DNA of 64,000 bases from Dehalococcoidia bacterium (lineage in GTDB: Bacteria > Chloroflexota > Dehalococcoidia > DSTF01 > RBG-16-68-14). Where the stretch lies: NCBI GenBank assembly GCA_040882355.1, contig JBBEBM010000042.1, positions 17,309-81,308 of the forward strand. The letters are read 5' to 3'. The first letter of the stretch is position 1. Every line of letters starts with the position of its first letter. Below the pieces are notes generated by a model. The model ran no database searches. It worked only from the letters and a program-made list of their open reading frames with translations, and was not told the origin of the DNA. The position numbers and the translations under genes were made by a program. This document shows positions 8,347 to 19,704 of this stretch, in pieces.

Positions 8347-10551
8347 ATGTCAGGGCGAGCGACGAAGTCGTTGACGCCGCAGCAGTTGCTCCTCTTTGGA
8401 GCAGTGCTGACTGGTGCGCTGGTGCTGGCGCTCTTCCCGTTCTTTCCCCGCCAGCTCCGCGTCAACGAGGGCGATGTCGCCTCGCGCACCATCCGCTCGC
8501 CGCAGGGCGCCACCTTCGAGAGCGAAGTGCTCACCGACCAGGCCCGCGAGGCGGCGGCGCAGGCCGTGCCCGAGGTGCTGGTCTTCGACCCGAACGTCCG
8601 CACCGAACAGGCGGAGAAGCTCGCCACGGCAACGGAAGCCATCGCTCAAGTCCGCGACAACCCCGCGTTGGATGCGACCGTCAAGCGCGCACAACTGCTC
8701 GCCATCGAGAACTTGAGCGGCCTCTCCCGCGGCAGCATCGACACCGTCCTCACCCTGCCGCCCGACCGCTGGCAACGCGTCGCGGGTGAGGCCGAGCAGC
8801 TGCTGGGCCGGTCCATCGGCCAGTCGATCGCGCCGGACGGCGTCCAGGCCGCGCAGGACGGTCTCCTTGAGCAGGTCGGCCTCGCCCTCGCGGCCGACGA
8901 GGCAAACCTTGTCGCCGACCTCGTCCGGCCGCTCGTCGTCGCCACGCTCGTCGTTGACGACCAGGCGACCCAGGGCGCGAGAGGGACCGCCCGCCAGAAC
9001 GTCCAGCCCGTCCAGCAGACCATCGCCGAGAACCAGGTGCTCGTGCAAGAGGGCCAGCCCATCGACCCTACGGCCATCGAGGCGCTTGAGGAGGTTGGGC
9101 TGCTTACCTCTCGCGTCGAGTGGGACAAGCTGGGCGCCGTCGCCGTCGTCTCTGTACTGGCCGCGCTCATACTCACGCTTTACCTCCACCTCTTCCCCGC
9201 GCCCGGCATCACCTCGCCGCGCAACCTGGTCTTTCTGGCGCTGATCGTTGCCCTGCCCGTGCTCCTGGCGAAGGTCTACGTATCGCTCGTACTGCCCGAG
9301 GATGGGCGCCGCTTTCTCATCTACGTCCTTCCCTTCGCCGCCGCGCCCATGCTCGTCGCGACGCTCCTTGAGGCGCGTCTGGCGATCACGATCGCCCTCG
9401 TCCAGATGATGCTCCTCTGCTTCTCAGTCATCTACTTGCCGGACACCGCGATCTCCTCGTCGCTCCAGCCGCTCGAAGTCGGACGGCTGGCGTTGGCCTA
9501 CGGCCTCGGCGCCGTCGCCGGCGTCTTCGCGGTCCAGCGCGCCGACCGCCTCAACCAGTACGTGATGGGCGGCGTTATCGTCGCCATCGTCATGCTCGCG
9601 GGCCTCTTCGCCTTCTGGCTAATCGATCCCGATCGGCGTCCGCTGGACATCCCCTGGATGACCACCGCCGCCGCCATCAGCGGACTGGGCAGCGGCGTGC
9701 TCACGGCTGGCGGGTTCGCCGCCGTCGCCGCGTTCCTGGGCATCACAACGCGCGTCCAGCTCCTGGAGCTGTCGCAGCTCAACGCGCCGCTCCTCCGCCG
9801 CCTCCAGGACGAAGCCCCCGGCACCTTCCACCACAGCATCATCGTCGGCAACCTCGCCGAGCGCGCCGCCGACCTCATCGGCGCCGACGCCCTGCTCGTC
9901 CGTGTCGGCTGCTACTACCACGACATCGGCAAGGCGCTCCAGCCCGGTTTTTACATCGAAAACCAGCTCGGCGGCGCCAATCCCCACGATGAGATGGAGC
10001 CGCGAGACAGCGCCCGCGTCATCCGCCAGCACGTCCGCGGCGGACTAGAGCTGGCCCGCCGCCACGGCCTGCCGGTCAGCGTGCAGGCGTTCATCCCGGA
10101 GCACCACGGCACCAGGCTGATCGCCTACTTCTATCGCGTCGCGAGCCAGAGGGAGGGCAACGTCGACCAGAGCGCCTTCCGCTACCCGGGCCCGCGGCCG
10201 CAGACCCGCGAGACCGCCATCGTCATGCTCGCCGACTCCACCGAGGCGATGGTCCGCGCCAGCGCCGATCGCTCGCCGGAGCGCATCGACGTGCTGGTCG
10301 AAGAGGTGATCGCTGAGCGGTTGGCCGAGGGCGAGTTGGACGAATGCGACCTCACCCTGCGCGACATCCGCACGATCGCCGAGTCGTTCAAGCAGACGCT
10401 TCGCGGCGTCTACCACCCGCGCATCGCCTACCCCGAGGCGACGGAGCAGGAGCGAAGGGCGCTCATCGGCCGCTTCCGGCCGGGACGCCGCGCCGCCCAG
10501 CCGCTCCCCCAGGCGCCCGGCCCGTCCCAGGAACAGCGCCCAACCTGGTAA
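8347..10551 (+). CDS. 7TM receptor with intracellular HD hydrolase domain (PgpH/YqfF-like)
   Basis: It has an N-terminal extracellular region, a 7TM block and a C-terminal HD domain ([18 protein letters not shown]...HHGT). Confidence 0.8.
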   Translation: MSGRATKSLTPQQLLLFGAVLTGALVLALFPFFPRQLRVNEGDVASRTIRSPQGATFESEVLTDQAREAAAQAVPEVLVFDPNVRTEQAEKLATATEAIAQVRDNPALDATVKRAQLLAIENLSGLSRGSIDTVLTLPPDRWQRVAGEAEQLLGRSIGQSIAPDGVQAAQDGLLEQVGLALAADEANLVADLVRPLVVATLVVDDQATQGARGTARQNVQPVQQTIAENQVLVQEGQPIDPTAIEALEEVGLLTSRVEWDKLGAVAVVSVLAALILTLYLHLFPAPGITSPRNLVFLALIVALPVLLAKVYVSLVLPEDGRRFLIYVLPFAAAPMLVATLLEARLAITIALVQMMLLCFSVIYLPDTAISSSLQPLEVGRLALAYGLGAVAGVFAVQRADRLNQYVMGGVIVAIVMLAGLFAFWLIDPDRRPLDIPWMTTAAAISGLGSGVLTAGGFAAVAAFLGITTRVQLLELSQLNAPLLRRLQDEAPGTFHHSIIVGNLAERAADLIGADALLVRVGCYYHDIGKALQPGFYIENQLGGANPHDEMEPRDSARVIRQHVRGGLELARRHGLPVSVQAFIPEHHGTRLIAYFYRVASQREGNVDQSAFRYPGPRPQTRETAIVMLADSTEAMVRASADRSPERIDVLVEEVIAERLAEGELDECDLTLRDIRTIAESFKQTLRGVYHPRIAYPEATEQERRALIGRFRPGRRAAQPLPQAPGPSQEQRPTW

Positions 10552-10603
10552 CACCACTCCAAGCGCCATCAACCTGTGCTGCGGCATTGAACGGCGCTGG
10601 CCG

Positions 10604-10629
10604 TCTGTGCCAATCTGTGTCAATCTGTG
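10604..10629 (+). promoter_or_regulatory. three TCTGTG hexamers phased at exactly 10 bp, immediately upstream of the purQ start
   Basis: gTCTGTGccaaTCTGTGtcaaTCTGTGg at 10604, 10614 and 10624. The same phased motif recurs at 55456-55527. Confidence 0.4.
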
Positions 10630-10639
10630 GCTGAGAGAC

Positions 10640-11344
10640 ATGCGCTTCGCGGTCATCGTCTTCCCGGGCACCTGGAGCGACCACGACTGCCACTACGTCC
10701 TGCGCGACCTGCTCCACCAGGAAGCGGACCTCGTCTGGCACCGCGAGACCGACCTCTCACGCTACGACTGCGTCGTCCTGCCAGGCGGCTTCTCCTACGG
10801 CGACTACCTGCGCTGTGGCGCCATCGCCCGCTTCTCGCCCGTGATGCAGGCCGTCGCGCGCTACGCCGAAGCCGGCCGGCCCGTCATCGGCATCTGCAAC
10901 GGCTTTCAGGTGCTGTGCGAGGCGGGCCTGCTGCCCGGCGCCCTGATGCGCAACGACAGCCTCCAGTTCCGCTGCGTCGACGTCCACCTGCGCGTCGAGA
11001 ACGTCGAGTCGCCCTTCACGCGACTGTGCCGCCGGGGCGACGTGCTGCGCGTGCCGATCGCACACGGCGAAGGGCGCTACTACGCAGACGACGCGACGCT
11101 GGACGAGCTGGAATCGACCGGCCGCGTCGCGTTCCGCTACTGCACTGCGGCCGGCGACGTAACCCCTGCCGCCAACCCGAACGGCTCCCTGCGCAACATC
11201 GCCGGCATCGTGAACGAGCGCGGCAACATCGTCGGGATGATGCCCCACCCGGAGCGCGCCAGCGAACCCCTGATGGGCAGCAGCGACGCCCTGGTCCTCT
11301 GGCGGAGCCTCATCGAGGCGGGCGTGGCCACCGTGGCCGGGTAG
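10640..11344 (+). CDS. purQ: phosphoribosylformylglycinamidine synthase, glutamine amidotransferase subunit PurQ
   Basis: The product begins [20 protein letters not shown] and contains GICNGFQVL (catalytic Cys) and MMPHPERA. The ORF track starts at 10607, but the conserved start is the ATG at 10640. Confidence 0.9.
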   Translation: MRFAVIVFPGTWSDHDCHYVLRDLLHQEADLVWHRETDLSRYDCVVLPGGFSYGDYLRCGAIARFSPVMQAVARYAEAGRPVIGICNGFQVLCEAGLLPGALMRNDSLQFRCVDVHLRVENVESPFTRLCRRGDVLRVPIAHGEGRYYADDATLDELESTGRVAFRYCTAAGDVTPAANPNGSLRNIAGIVNERGNIVGMMPHPERASEPLMGSSDALVLWRSLIEAGVATVAG

Positions 11345-11377
11345 ACGGCCATCTTGAGGATGGCGATCACGTGCATG

Positions 11378-11402
11378 CCCTCTCCCTCCGGGAGAGGGGT
11401 GA
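11378..11402 (+). terminator. GC hairpin (CCCTCTCCCTCCGGGAGAGGGG) after purQ; candidate intrinsic terminator
   Basis: The sequence is an inverted repeat with no strong T-tract, which is common in high-GC genomes. Confidence 0.3.
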
Positions 11403-11573
11403 CTGAAGGTCGGGGTGAGGGAAGGCGCAGCCTCATCGACGCAGGCGTCGGGGCGGTGGCGGGCTAGCTCGTACGCGTCCTCTGCACCCGGCCATGGCTC
11501 TCGTCCGCGACCCCAGTTGACTTTTGACGCCGGAAGCGCCATCATGGCGCGGGCCGAGCTTGGAGGGAGCAGC

Positions 11574-12200
11574 ATGAACCAGCCTAGCGCCAACTTCACC
11601 TGGGAGGAGTTTCAGTCCAAAGACGGCGCGCCTCTGCCCGAGGCGTTGCGCCCCAACATCGTCTTGCTCTGCAAGAACCTCGAGGTGCTGCGCCGGGCGC
11701 TCGGCGACCGCCCGATCCAAATCGTTTCCGGCCACCGTTCTCCCGCGCGCAACGAGGCTGCGGGCGGCGTGAAGGACAGCCAGCACGTGCAGGCGAAGGC
11801 CGCCGATATCGCGGTCGCAGGCCTGACCAAACTCGAGATCTACTGCACGGTACGGCGGCTGATCGTCGAGGGCGCGATGCACGACGGCGGACTCGGCTGG
11901 TATGATGACCGGCCCACCGTCCACTACGACGTCCGGCCCGGCAGGGTGTGGTACGGCGGCATCAACAACGACGTCCCATTGCCGGACTGCGGGGGCGCGG
12001 CCACGCTCGCACCGCCGCCAGAGGAGGAAGACATGCGTTACCTTGCGGCCACCGTGGACGGCCAGTACATGCGAGTGATCACCAACGGCCCGCAGGCGCG
12101 ATGGGTCACGAACCCGGACGAGGACGCCTACTGGGTAAGCAAGCTCGGCGACCCCGAGGCGGTCGAGCCGGGCGTCGTGAAGGCGCTGCTGGGCCGTTAG
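11574..12200 (+). CDS. peptidase M15-like (D-Ala-D-Ala carboxypeptidase fold) protein with a C-terminal extension
   Basis: It has the M15-family motifs SGHRSPARN...SQHVQAKAADI. The ORF track begins at 11415; ATG at 11574 (MNQPSANFTWEEF) is the likely start. Confidence 0.55.
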   Translation: MNQPSANFTWEEFQSKDGAPLPEALRPNIVLLCKNLEVLRRALGDRPIQIVSGHRSPARNEAAGGVKDSQHVQAKAADIAVAGLTKLEIYCTVRRLIVEGAMHDGGLGWYDDRPTVHYDVRPGRVWYGGINNDVPLPDCGGAATLAPPPEEEDMRYLAATVDGQYMRVITNGPQARWVTNPDEDAYWVSKLGDPEAVEPGVVKALLGR

Positions 12201-12411
12201 ATCGAGGGGCACGGAACACCAGCCGGGCTCACGAGCATCTCGTATCAGAGCCCTCAGCTAACGGCGTGCCAGGGGCGGTCACGCAACGTCATCGAGTCGG
12301 CGCGCGATGGGGCGATGCTTGGTTGACCAGATCCAGCCTACCGATCTGCCTTGATAGGCCGATACCTCCAGTGAAATACTGAGCGCTTGGCGTCTCGGCT
12401 GAAGGTGCATC

Positions 12412-12762
12412 ATGCAGCAACCACAAACGTCGGTGCGGCAGCCCGACGAGACGATCTGTTTCAGTTGCAACGCAACCATTAAGCGGGACGTTGGACTCTG
12501 CCCGCGGTGCGGGACGCGCATCGCCGAAGGGCCGGCTCACACCAGCACCGACCTGAGCCAGCTCGTGCCGCGTACGTCGAGCGCAGCCGAGGACACGATT
12601 GGCGCCGGGCGCTACATTCTGAACTTCCTTCTTGCGGGACTGATCGGCCTTGGCCTCTCCTACTTCCTTCGACGGCAGGGCTGGCTGGCCACCTGGATCA
12701 GCATCCCCATCTGCATCTTGAGCAACATCTACACCTACTACTACCTCACTTCCCACCTCTAG
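12412..12762 (+). CDS. hypothetical Zn-ribbon (CxxC..CxxC) protein with C-terminal TM helices
   Basis: The product contains CFSCNATIKRDVGLCPRCG followed by two hydrophobic helices. Confidence 0.4.
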   Translation: MQQPQTSVRQPDETICFSCNATIKRDVGLCPRCGTRIAEGPAHTSTDLSQLVPRTSSAAEDTIGAGRYILNFLLAGLIGLGLSYFLRRQGWLATWISIPICILSNIYTYYYLTSHL

Positions 12763-12774
12763 GCGCGGAGGGCG

Positions 12775-13365
12775 CTAGTCGAAGTCCAGCACTCCCGTCA
12801 GGCTCAGTACGACGGCCGTCGTGTTGTAGACGGCGTGAAGCGCAATGGCGCCGCCGAACGCGAACCGGCTCCTGCGAGGGAACGGCCCCTCTCCCTGCGC
12901 CCACGCGATCAGCCCCGCGTTCACTCCCAGGCCCGCGGTGAAGCTTGCTACGGCGTGGAGCAGGACTGTCACAGTGAAGCGATACACAACGAACGCCCGC
13001 GACGGGTCCGCGACGTAGATGGTGACGTAGACCACGCTTTCGATCACGCCGAAGCAAAGACCTGAGAGCCCCACAAGGATGGCGATATAGAGCTGGTTCC
13101 GAAGAAAGCCCGGCCACCGCAGGAAGAACAGGTAGACGCCGATCGGCTTCGTCGTCTCTTCGACGATAGGCGCGCCGACGAACGCAAGCAGCAGCGGCAC
13201 GCTCGTGCGCGCCTCCGCCACGAACGCGCCGAGGATGCCGAGCGCCCCGCCCATTAGCGCGAAACCGATCGCCAGCAGGTGGTACCGAAGGCCCGCCGGC
13301 GGCGCGACAGCCTCGCTCGCCGGATCGGAGTCGTTCGCCGTGTGCCGCGCTACGCCGTCCCACAT
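12775..13365 (-). CDS. PrsW/CPBP-like intramembrane metalloprotease
   Basis: It has the EETTK (EExxK), FTAGLGV..H and HAVYN motifs in a polytopic membrane protein. Confidence 0.55.
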   Translation of the reverse strand: MWDGVARHTANDSDPASEAVAPPAGLRYHLLAIGFALMGGALGILGAFVAEARTSVPLLLAFVGAPIVEETTKPIGVYLFFLRWPGFLRNQLYIAILVGLSGLCFGVIESVVYVTIYVADPSRAFVVYRFTVTVLLHAVASFTAGLGVNAGLIAWAQGEGPFPRRSRFAFGGAIALHAVYNTTAVVLSLTGVLDFD

Positions 13366-13511
13366 GGGAAGCCATCTGACATCATGGGCCCAGTATAGTG
13401 GGTGCGCCGCCCGGCCTCAGCGGCCATATGGTTGCCGCGTGCTGCCCGGCAAGAGTATGATCCCGGGCAGTAGCACCGGACCCGCCTGGAGCAGAGAAGC
13501 GTGGTGAAGGC

Positions 13512-14666
13512 ATGATCGTCGGCTCCGAAGACCGCCCCGAAGTCACACCGTACCCCGTTCGGTTCGAAGTTGAGTACCAGGAGCGGCAGTCACGATGGAA
13601 GGCGCTGTTCCGCATTCCGCTGGCTCTGCCCGCATTCCTCTTCGCGTACCTGGCTTTGGGCACTGCCATCTATTCGACGCTCCCCGTGATGTGGATCATA
13701 ATCCTGGTACGGGGACGCATCCCGCGCTGGCTGTTCGATTTCCAGGTCGGCGCGAACCGGTTCTTCGCCCGCACCCAGGCCTACGTCTCCCTGCTCACCG
13801 ACGTCTACCCGGCGTTCGATGGCCCGTATCCCGTCACTTACGGCGTGTCCTATCCGGAGAGGGTATCGCGCCGACAGGTCGTCATCTGGAAGATCGCCAC
13901 CTCGCTGCCCCACTGGCTCATCGTCTTAGTGCTGCAGAACGTGGCGTTCGCGCTGGCAGCCGTCGGCTGGCTCGCCATCCTGTTCACCGGCCAGTTTCCA
14001 AAGGGCCTCCATACCTTCATCGTCGGCGTCATGCGCTGGCGGGAGCGCGTCTATGCCTACTCCCTCTCGCTGACCGACGAGTTCCCCCCGTACAACCTCG
14101 CCGCCGACGCGCCCGCCGCGACCGGCGGCGCCCGCACCGCGTCATCAGCGGTCGGTCTGCTCGTGGTGAGCGGGCTTGTGGCCGGCATCGTCGCGTTGAT
14201 CCTAGCAGTGCCTTGGACCGGCGAGGAACACGTCGTCGATGTCTCATACACCCGCCTCGCCGAGGGCACCCTCGGGCCCGGCGAAGCGCTCGTGCGCGTG
14301 AACTCCGTGGAGGTACAACTCCTGTCCGCGCTCGATCCCGCTGACGACGCCTTCAGCTTTTATGCTCCCCGGCCTGGCAGCAGGCTCGTACTCTTCTCGT
14401 TCCTCCTCACGAATGTCCAGGACAGCGGCGACGCCCCTTACATCTCGATCTCCGGCGATGACTTCCAACTGGCAGTCGCTACAGCGGACGCCAGCGACCC
14501 TCTCCTCGCCGTCATCAACCGGCGCGCGCCTCCGGTGCGGGTCGACCGGGGCGAGACCGTGACGGCGGAGATGGTGTTTGAAGTGCCCGGCGGCTTCCGG
14601 CCAAGCGAGGTATCGTTCGGGCGGCGCGGATTCCTCGGTGACATCGGGATCTTCCGCCTCCACTAG
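13512..14666 (+). CDS. DUF4389-like membrane protein with an extracytoplasmic C-terminal beta-rich domain
   Basis: It has the YP...[33 protein letters not shown] pattern typical of DUF4389. Confidence 0.5.
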   Translation: MIVGSEDRPEVTPYPVRFEVEYQERQSRWKALFRIPLALPAFLFAYLALGTAIYSTLPVMWIIILVRGRIPRWLFDFQVGANRFFARTQAYVSLLTDVYPAFDGPYPVTYGVSYPERVSRRQVVIWKIATSLPHWLIVLVLQNVAFALAAVGWLAILFTGQFPKGLHTFIVGVMRWRERVYAYSLSLTDEFPPYNLAADAPAATGGARTASSAVGLLVVSGLVAGIVALILAVPWTGEEHVVDVSYTRLAEGTLGPGEALVRVNSVEVQLLSALDPADDAFSFYAPRPGSRLVLFSFLLTNVQDSGDAPYISISGDDFQLAVATADASDPLLAVINRRAPPVRVDRGETVTAEMVFEVPGGFRPSEVSFGRRGFLGDIGIFRLH

Positions 14667-14710
14667 CTACCGCCACCCCCAGGCCGTTCGCTACGCTGGA
14701 GGCGCGCCCC

Positions 14711-16936
14711 ATGACCGTCGACCAGCGCACGCTCGACCAGATCGCCCTCTCCCGGGACGAGTATCGCCTCGCCTGCGAGCGGCTCGACCGCGAGCCGAAC
14801 GAGGTCGAGCTGGGCATGCTGGGCGCCCTCTGGAGCGAGCACTGCGGCTACAAGAACAGCCGGCCCCTCCTCCGCCTCTTCCCCACCACCGGCCCTCGCG
14901 TCCTCACCAAGGCGGGGGAGGAGAATGCGGGCGTCGTCGACATCGGCGACGGGCTCTGCGTGGCGCTGAAGATCGAGTCCCACAACCACCCTTCGGCGAT
15001 CGAGCCGTACCAGGGCGCGGCGACAGGCGTCGGCGGCATCGTGCGCGACATCTTCGCGATGGGGGCGCGGCCCATCGCCATCTTCGATTCGCTCCGGTTC
15101 GGGCCGCTCTCCGACGCGCGCAACCGCTATCTGATCGGCGGCGTCGTTGGCGGCATCGGCGGCTATGGCAACTGCCTCGGCGTACCCACCGTGGGCGGCG
15201 AGATCGCCTTCGAAGGCTCCTACTCCGGCAACCCGCTCGTCAACGCGATGTGCGTCGGCATCGCCCGCGTCGACAAGCTGCAGCGGGCGCGCGCCGAGGG
15301 GCCGGGCAACATCCTCATGCTCGTCGGCGCCGACACCGGCCGCGACGGCATTCACGGCGCCACCTTCGCCAGCGTCGAGCTGGACGAGCGCTCCGAAGAG
15401 CGCCGGCCGGCTGTGCAGGTGGGTAACCCGTTCCTCGAGAAGCTCCTCATGGAAGCCTGCCTGGAGCTCGCCGAGCAGCACGCGGACTGGATCGTCGGGC
15501 TGCAGGACCTGGGCGCCGCCGGCCTCACCAGCTCCAGCGTCGAGTGCGCGGCCAAGGCAGGCACCGGCCTCGACATCGACGTCTCGCTTGCGCCCAGGCG
15601 CGAGCGCGGCATGACCGCCTACGACCTCATGCTCTCCGAATCGCAGGAGCGCATGCTCGTCATCGCGAAACGCGAGTTCGAGGACGACGTGCGCCGCCTC
15701 TTCGAGCGCTGGGAGCTCCACTGCGCAACGATCGGCGTCGTCACGGACGACGGCATGACCACGGTGCGCGATGGGAGCGAAGTCGTGGCGCGGATACCGG
15801 TCTCGCTGCTCACCGACCCGCCAACGTACTTGCGCGACGGCGTCAAGCCTCGCTGGCTCGACGAGCTGCAGTCGTACGACCTCGCCGCCCTGCCTGACGT
15901 GACCGACGCGAACGATGCCCTGCTGCGCGTGCTCGCTTCGCCCGAGGTGGCCTCGAAGCGCTGGGTCTGGCGTCAGTACGACCACCAGGTGCTCACCAAC
16001 ACCGTCGCCGGGCCGGGCAGCGACGCAGCCGTCATCCGCGTCAAGGGCACGTCCAAAGCGATCGCCCTCAGCACCGATGGCGATGGGCGCATGTGCTTCC
16101 TCGATCCGTACGCCGGCGGCGCGCTTGCGGTCGCTGAGGCGGCGCGCAACGTCGTCTGCGCGGGAGCGGAGCCGCTCGCCCTCACCGACTGCCTCAACTT
16201 CGGCAACCCTGAGAAGCTGGAGGTCTACTACCAGCTCGAGCAGTGCATCCGCGGCATGAGCGACGCCTGCCTGGCGCTCGGCGTCCCCGTCGTCTCCGGC
16301 AACGTCTCGCTTTACAACGAAACGAACGGCGAGGCGATCTACCCCACGCCCGTCGTCGGCATGCTCGGGCTAATCGAAGACGTCGAGCGCGTCGTGCCGA
16401 TGGCGTTCCAGCGCAACGGCGACGAGGTCTTCCTGATCGGCGCGATGCTCACCGGCGACGCCACCAGCCTCGCCGGCAGCGAGTACGCGAAGGTGACGCA
16501 CGACGGCCTTGTCGCTGGCCGGCCGCGCATCGACCTCGATCTCGAAGTGCGCGTCCAGCGCCTGTGCCTGGAGGCGGCCCACCGCGGCCTGCTCGCCTCC
16601 GCCCACGACTGCTCGCGCGGCGGTCTCGCCGTCGCGCTGGCCGAGTGCTGCACGGAAGGCAGCCACGGCATCGACGCGTCCGGCGCAGCCATCGATGGCC
16701 GCATGGACGCCGCCCTGTTCGGCGAGGGGCCATCGCGCATCGTCGTCTCGACCCCGCAGTCCGCGGCCCTCCAAGCGCTCGCCCGGGAGCGCGACGTGCC
16801 CTGCGTCCGGCTGGGGGTCGTGGGCGGCGAGCGCCTCACCCTCGGTCCGTATCTGGACCTCGCCGTCGAGGACCTTCGCGCGGCGTACGAAGGCGGTCTG
16901 CCTGCGGCCCTCGACGCCCAAGAGGCGGCCCGTTAG
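14711..16936 (+). CDS. purL: phosphoribosylformylglycinamidine synthase subunit PurL
   Basis: The 741-aa product has the PurL FGAM synthase II architecture along its full length. Confidence 0.92.
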   Translation: MTVDQRTLDQIALSRDEYRLACERLDREPNEVELGMLGALWSEHCGYKNSRPLLRLFPTTGPRVLTKAGEENAGVVDIGDGLCVALKIESHNHPSAIEPYQGAATGVGGIVRDIFAMGARPIAIFDSLRFGPLSDARNRYLIGGVVGGIGGYGNCLGVPTVGGEIAFEGSYSGNPLVNAMCVGIARVDKLQRARAEGPGNILMLVGADTGRDGIHGATFASVELDERSEERRPAVQVGNPFLEKLLMEACLELAEQHADWIVGLQDLGAAGLTSSSVECAAKAGTGLDIDVSLAPRRERGMTAYDLMLSESQERMLVIAKREFEDDVRRLFERWELHCATIGVVTDDGMTTVRDGSEVVARIPVSLLTDPPTYLRDGVKPRWLDELQSYDLAALPDVTDANDALLRVLASPEVASKRWVWRQYDHQVLTNTVAGPGSDAAVIRVKGTSKAIALSTDGDGRMCFLDPYAGGALAVAEAARNVVCAGAEPLALTDCLNFGNPEKLEVYYQLEQCIRGMSDACLALGVPVVSGNVSLYNETNGEAIYPTPVVGMLGLIEDVERVVPMAFQRNGDEVFLIGAMLTGDATSLAGSEYAKVTHDGLVAGRPRIDLDLEVRVQRLCLEAAHRGLLASAHDCSRGGLAVALAECCTEGSHGIDASGAAIDGRMDAALFGEGPSRIVVSTPQSAALQALARERDVPCVRLGVVGGERLTLGPYLDLAVEDLRAAYEGGLPAALDAQEAAR

Positions 16937-16971
16937 CCGGTCGCCCCGGGCTCAACCCGAAGTTGAGTTTC

Positions 16972-17000
16972 GGTTGACAGGCTGGCATAGAGGTGCTATG
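16972..17000 (+). promoter_or_regulatory. sigma70-like promoter TTGACA-17-TATGCT followed by a ~330-nt untranslated leader
   Basis: Seen: TTGACAggctggcatagaggtgcTATGCT. The next start codon is at 17334. Confidence 0.35.
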
Positions 17001-17333
17001 CTGATAAGGACAATCGAATACCCCGCCTGCCGAATCCCTAAGTGGAACGGGGGACCCACCGAGAACCGGGGTGAATTTCTCCTGACGATCAGGGGAAATG
17101 GCCAGTCCCTTCAGGCCAAACCCGTCAGCTAACCTCGTAGGCATCTGAGGGAAGGCGTCAGCCAGCGTAAACGCGGGACGAGGGCGGCGCTCTCATATTG
17201 CGCTCCTACGTATCCAGCGCGGTTCTGACGCAAGGCCTTCACCTCTCGGTCGTGTCCCCATTCGGTTAAGCCGCAGCAGATATGTGCGGCGCTTCTGGAT
17301 GCCAGGCGGAAGCACAGAGGAGGTGCGCCCCAC

Positions 17334-17810
17334 ATGTCACGCGAAATCGCGAGTCCCGTAGCCCTTGCCAATCGTCCACCCGCTGCAACTGCAGCCTGCC
17401 CTCAGGAAGGCCTGCTTATCACCGCCGACGGCGCCCTCGCTCGCGCCTTCCTCAGCGGGCTAGGGAGCGGCGCCGAACGCACCATCGCCTTCGATGTGCG
17501 GTCGAGTCTTGCCGACGCGAAGGAGCTGGCTGGCGATAGGCGTCGCTGGGTGGCCATCGACCTGAGCGGCGCCGTGCCGCCGGTCGAGGCTGTTGGCATC
17601 GCGCGCCTGCTCTGGCCACAAGCGCGCATCGCCGTACTCAGCTCGTGGTGGAGCGACCAGGACGCCGCCGCCCGCGAGCTGGCGGACACGGTGATCCACA
17701 AGCCGTTGCGCTCGCATGAGATACTCGCATTCTTGAGCGACAGGCCGGTCGCCGTGCCCAATGCAGCGCCGCCAGCGGCTGCGACGCCGCCGCTTCGCAA
17801 CGCAAGCTAG
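17334..17810 (+). CDS. CheY-like receiver-domain protein (stand-alone)
   Basis: REC-like landmarks are present: LLITAD, VAIDLSG, VLSS, HKPL. Confidence 0.45.
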   Translation: MSREIASPVALANRPPAATAACPQEGLLITADGALARAFLSGLGSGAERTIAFDVRSSLADAKELAGDRRRWVAIDLSGAVPPVEAVGIARLLWPQARIAVLSSWWSDQDAAARELADTVIHKPLRSHEILAFLSDRPVAVPNAAPPAAATPPLRNAS

Positions 17811-18487
17811 ACGGCCGGTCGCGCCCCGTTCTCGCGCAGCTCCCACTCCGGCCAGCCCTCCTGCCCGCCGATGAGCGGCACGAAGCGGCACTCGCCCAGG
17901 CGCTCCAACGTCACGCCTCTATCGGAGTTCGTCACCCGCACCAACTGCTGGGCCTTCCGGCTACCCACCGGGATCACCATCCGCCCGCCCATCGCGAGCT
18001 GGTCGACGAGGGAGCGAGGCACCTCGGGCGCGCCGGCGGTGACGATGATCGCGTCGTACGGCGCCTCGTCCGGCCAGCCGAGCGTCTCTTTCGCCGGGTA
18101 CACCCTCACGTTGTTGTAGCCCAGCGCCTTCAGCCGGCTCGCCGCAGACTGAGCCAGCTCCGGAATGCGCTCCACGCTGATCACTTCGCGCGCCAGCAGC
18201 GAGAGCACAGCAGCCTGGTAGCCCGAGCCCGTCCCCACTTCCAGCACCTTCCCGTCGCCTCGAAGCTGCAGCGCCTCCGTCATGATCGCCACCATCAGCG
18301 GCTGCGAGATCGTCTGCCCCTCGCCGATCGGGAGCGGCCGGTCTTCGTACGCGTAGCGGTGCAGGTCAGGGATCACGAAGCGCTCGCGCGGCACGCGCCC
18401 GAACGCCTCCAGCACGCGTTCGTCGCGGATCTCCTTGCGCAGAGCGCGAACCATGTCGGTTCGCGCAGCCTCGAAGTCGATGGGCAC
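17807..18487 (-). CDS. pcm: protein-L-isoaspartate O-methyltransferase
   Basis: It has the SAM-binding motif VLEVGTGSGYQAAVL and the ISQP motif, as in the PCMT family. Confidence 0.88.
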   Translation of the reverse strand: MPIDFEAARTDMVRALRKEIRDERVLEAFGRVPRERFVIPDLHRYAYEDRPLPIGEGQTISQPLMVAIMTEALQLRGDGKVLEVGTGSGYQAAVLSLLAREVISVERIPELAQSAASRLKALGYNNVRVYPAKETLGWPDEAPYDAIIVTAGAPEVPRSLVDQLAMGGRMVIPVGSRKAQQLVRVTNSDRGVTLERLGECRFVPLIGGQEGWPEWELRENGARPAV

Positions 18488-18552
18488 GGCTCCCTCCTCC
18501 CAAGTATCGCGAGCAGGTTAGCACACCGCGCCCGGACCGCCGTCGCGCGCTG

Positions 18553-19704
18553 TCAGGCTCTCGCTCGCTGCCAGAAGTGGCGTTGGATGCGCTCCAGATG
18601 TCCCTCAGGGAGGCGCTGCGCGGTGCCCTCTCTCAGTCCCGTCACGTCCGAGTCGAACGACTGGATCGCGGCGACACGCAGCCACCACTCGAACGTCTGC
18701 AGCACCTCCCAGTAGCGCAGCCGATCCTTATCGATGGGCAGGTGCTTCCGGTAGCCGCGCAGATAGCGCCGCACCAGCATGTACCGGCCGAAGCGGTCGA
18801 GCAGCATGCCGATCACACCGCTCAGCTCGCCGGGCGCCGTGCGCATCAGGACGAGCGTGCTCGCGATGTCGCAGTGCCGGTCGCCCAACGCCGCGCCCGA
18901 CCAGTCGATCACGCTGAGGCGCTGCTCGTCGTCCACAACGATGTTCTGCGGATGGAAGTCGTTGTGGCAGAGCGAAGCCTCCTCCGGCATCACCATCCCC
19001 TTGTGCGCTTCGAGCCAGGCGAGCGCGTCGTCTGTGCCGGTCACACCCATCGCGGCGATGCGACGGCGGAAGTCAACGAGCTGGCGCTCCACGAGCGTGC
19101 CGTCCGCGGGCAACGGACACGCCTCGACAGGAAGCCGGTGCAGATCGGCGTGCGCCTTCGCCATCAGCGGCGTCAGGCCGCGCGCAGAGATGGGGTTCGC
19201 CTGGAGGCGGTCGAGCATCGTCCGGCCGGGCGCGCGCTCCATGATCAGGAACGGCCGCCCGAGCGCACCTGCGCTCGTCTCAATGGCGAGGACCGCGGGT
19301 GCTGGATACCCACGTTCGACCACGAAGCGCTGAACCGCGCCGTCGAACTCGGCTCGCTCGCCCTGTTCGGCGTTGGGGTAGACGCGCAGGATGAGCGGGC
19401 GCGCCCACGCGGGGTCGACGCCGTCGCTCTCCAGGCGGAAGGTGTAGATGTGCGTCTCCCAGCCCGTCTCGATCGCCGCGGGCGCCTCGGCGAAGCGCAG
19501 GTCATCGACGCTGAGCCGCGCCGTCAGGTACGCGAGTAGCGCCGGCGCGACCTGATCGGCCCGGGACGGGTCGCTGGGCACGAGCCACCTCCGGCGCCCA
19601 GTGTAGGCGAGCGCCTCGGGAGGAGCCAACATTGAACCGATGCGGGACCTTAGAGCGGCTTCCAATCCTGACGAAAGGTCGGATGCGTAGGCAATTGACT
19701 CCAT
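18553..19704 (-). CDS. aminoglycoside phosphotransferase (APH)/kinase-like protein
   Basis: The catalytic loop LCHNDFHPQNIVV and the DWSGAALGDRHCDIA motif are present. Confidence 0.75.
   Translation of the reverse strand: MESIAYASDLSSGLEAALRSRIGSMLAPPEALAYTGRRRWLVPSDPSRADQVAPALLAYLTARLSVDDLRFAEAPAAIETGWETHIYTFRLESDGVDPAWARPLILRVYPNAEQGERAEFDGAVQRFVVERGYPAPAVLAIETSAGALGRPFLIMERAPGRTMLDRLQANPISARGLTPLMAKAHADLHRLPVEACPLPADGTLVERQLVDFRRRIAAMGVTGTDDALAWLEAHKGMVMPEEASLCHNDFHPQNIVVDDEQRLSVIDWSGAALGDRHCDIASTLVLMRTAPGELSGVIGMLLDRFGRYMLVRRYLRGYRKHLPIDKDRLRYWEVLQTFEWWLRVAAIQSFDSDVTGLREGTAQRLPEGHLERIQRHFWQRARA

Noticed and set aside
17129-17371. 80-aa minus-strand ORF within the long leader region
   Set aside because: It has no RBS, it overlaps the start of the receiver gene on the opposite strand, and its composition is atypical. 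It was treated as non-coding.
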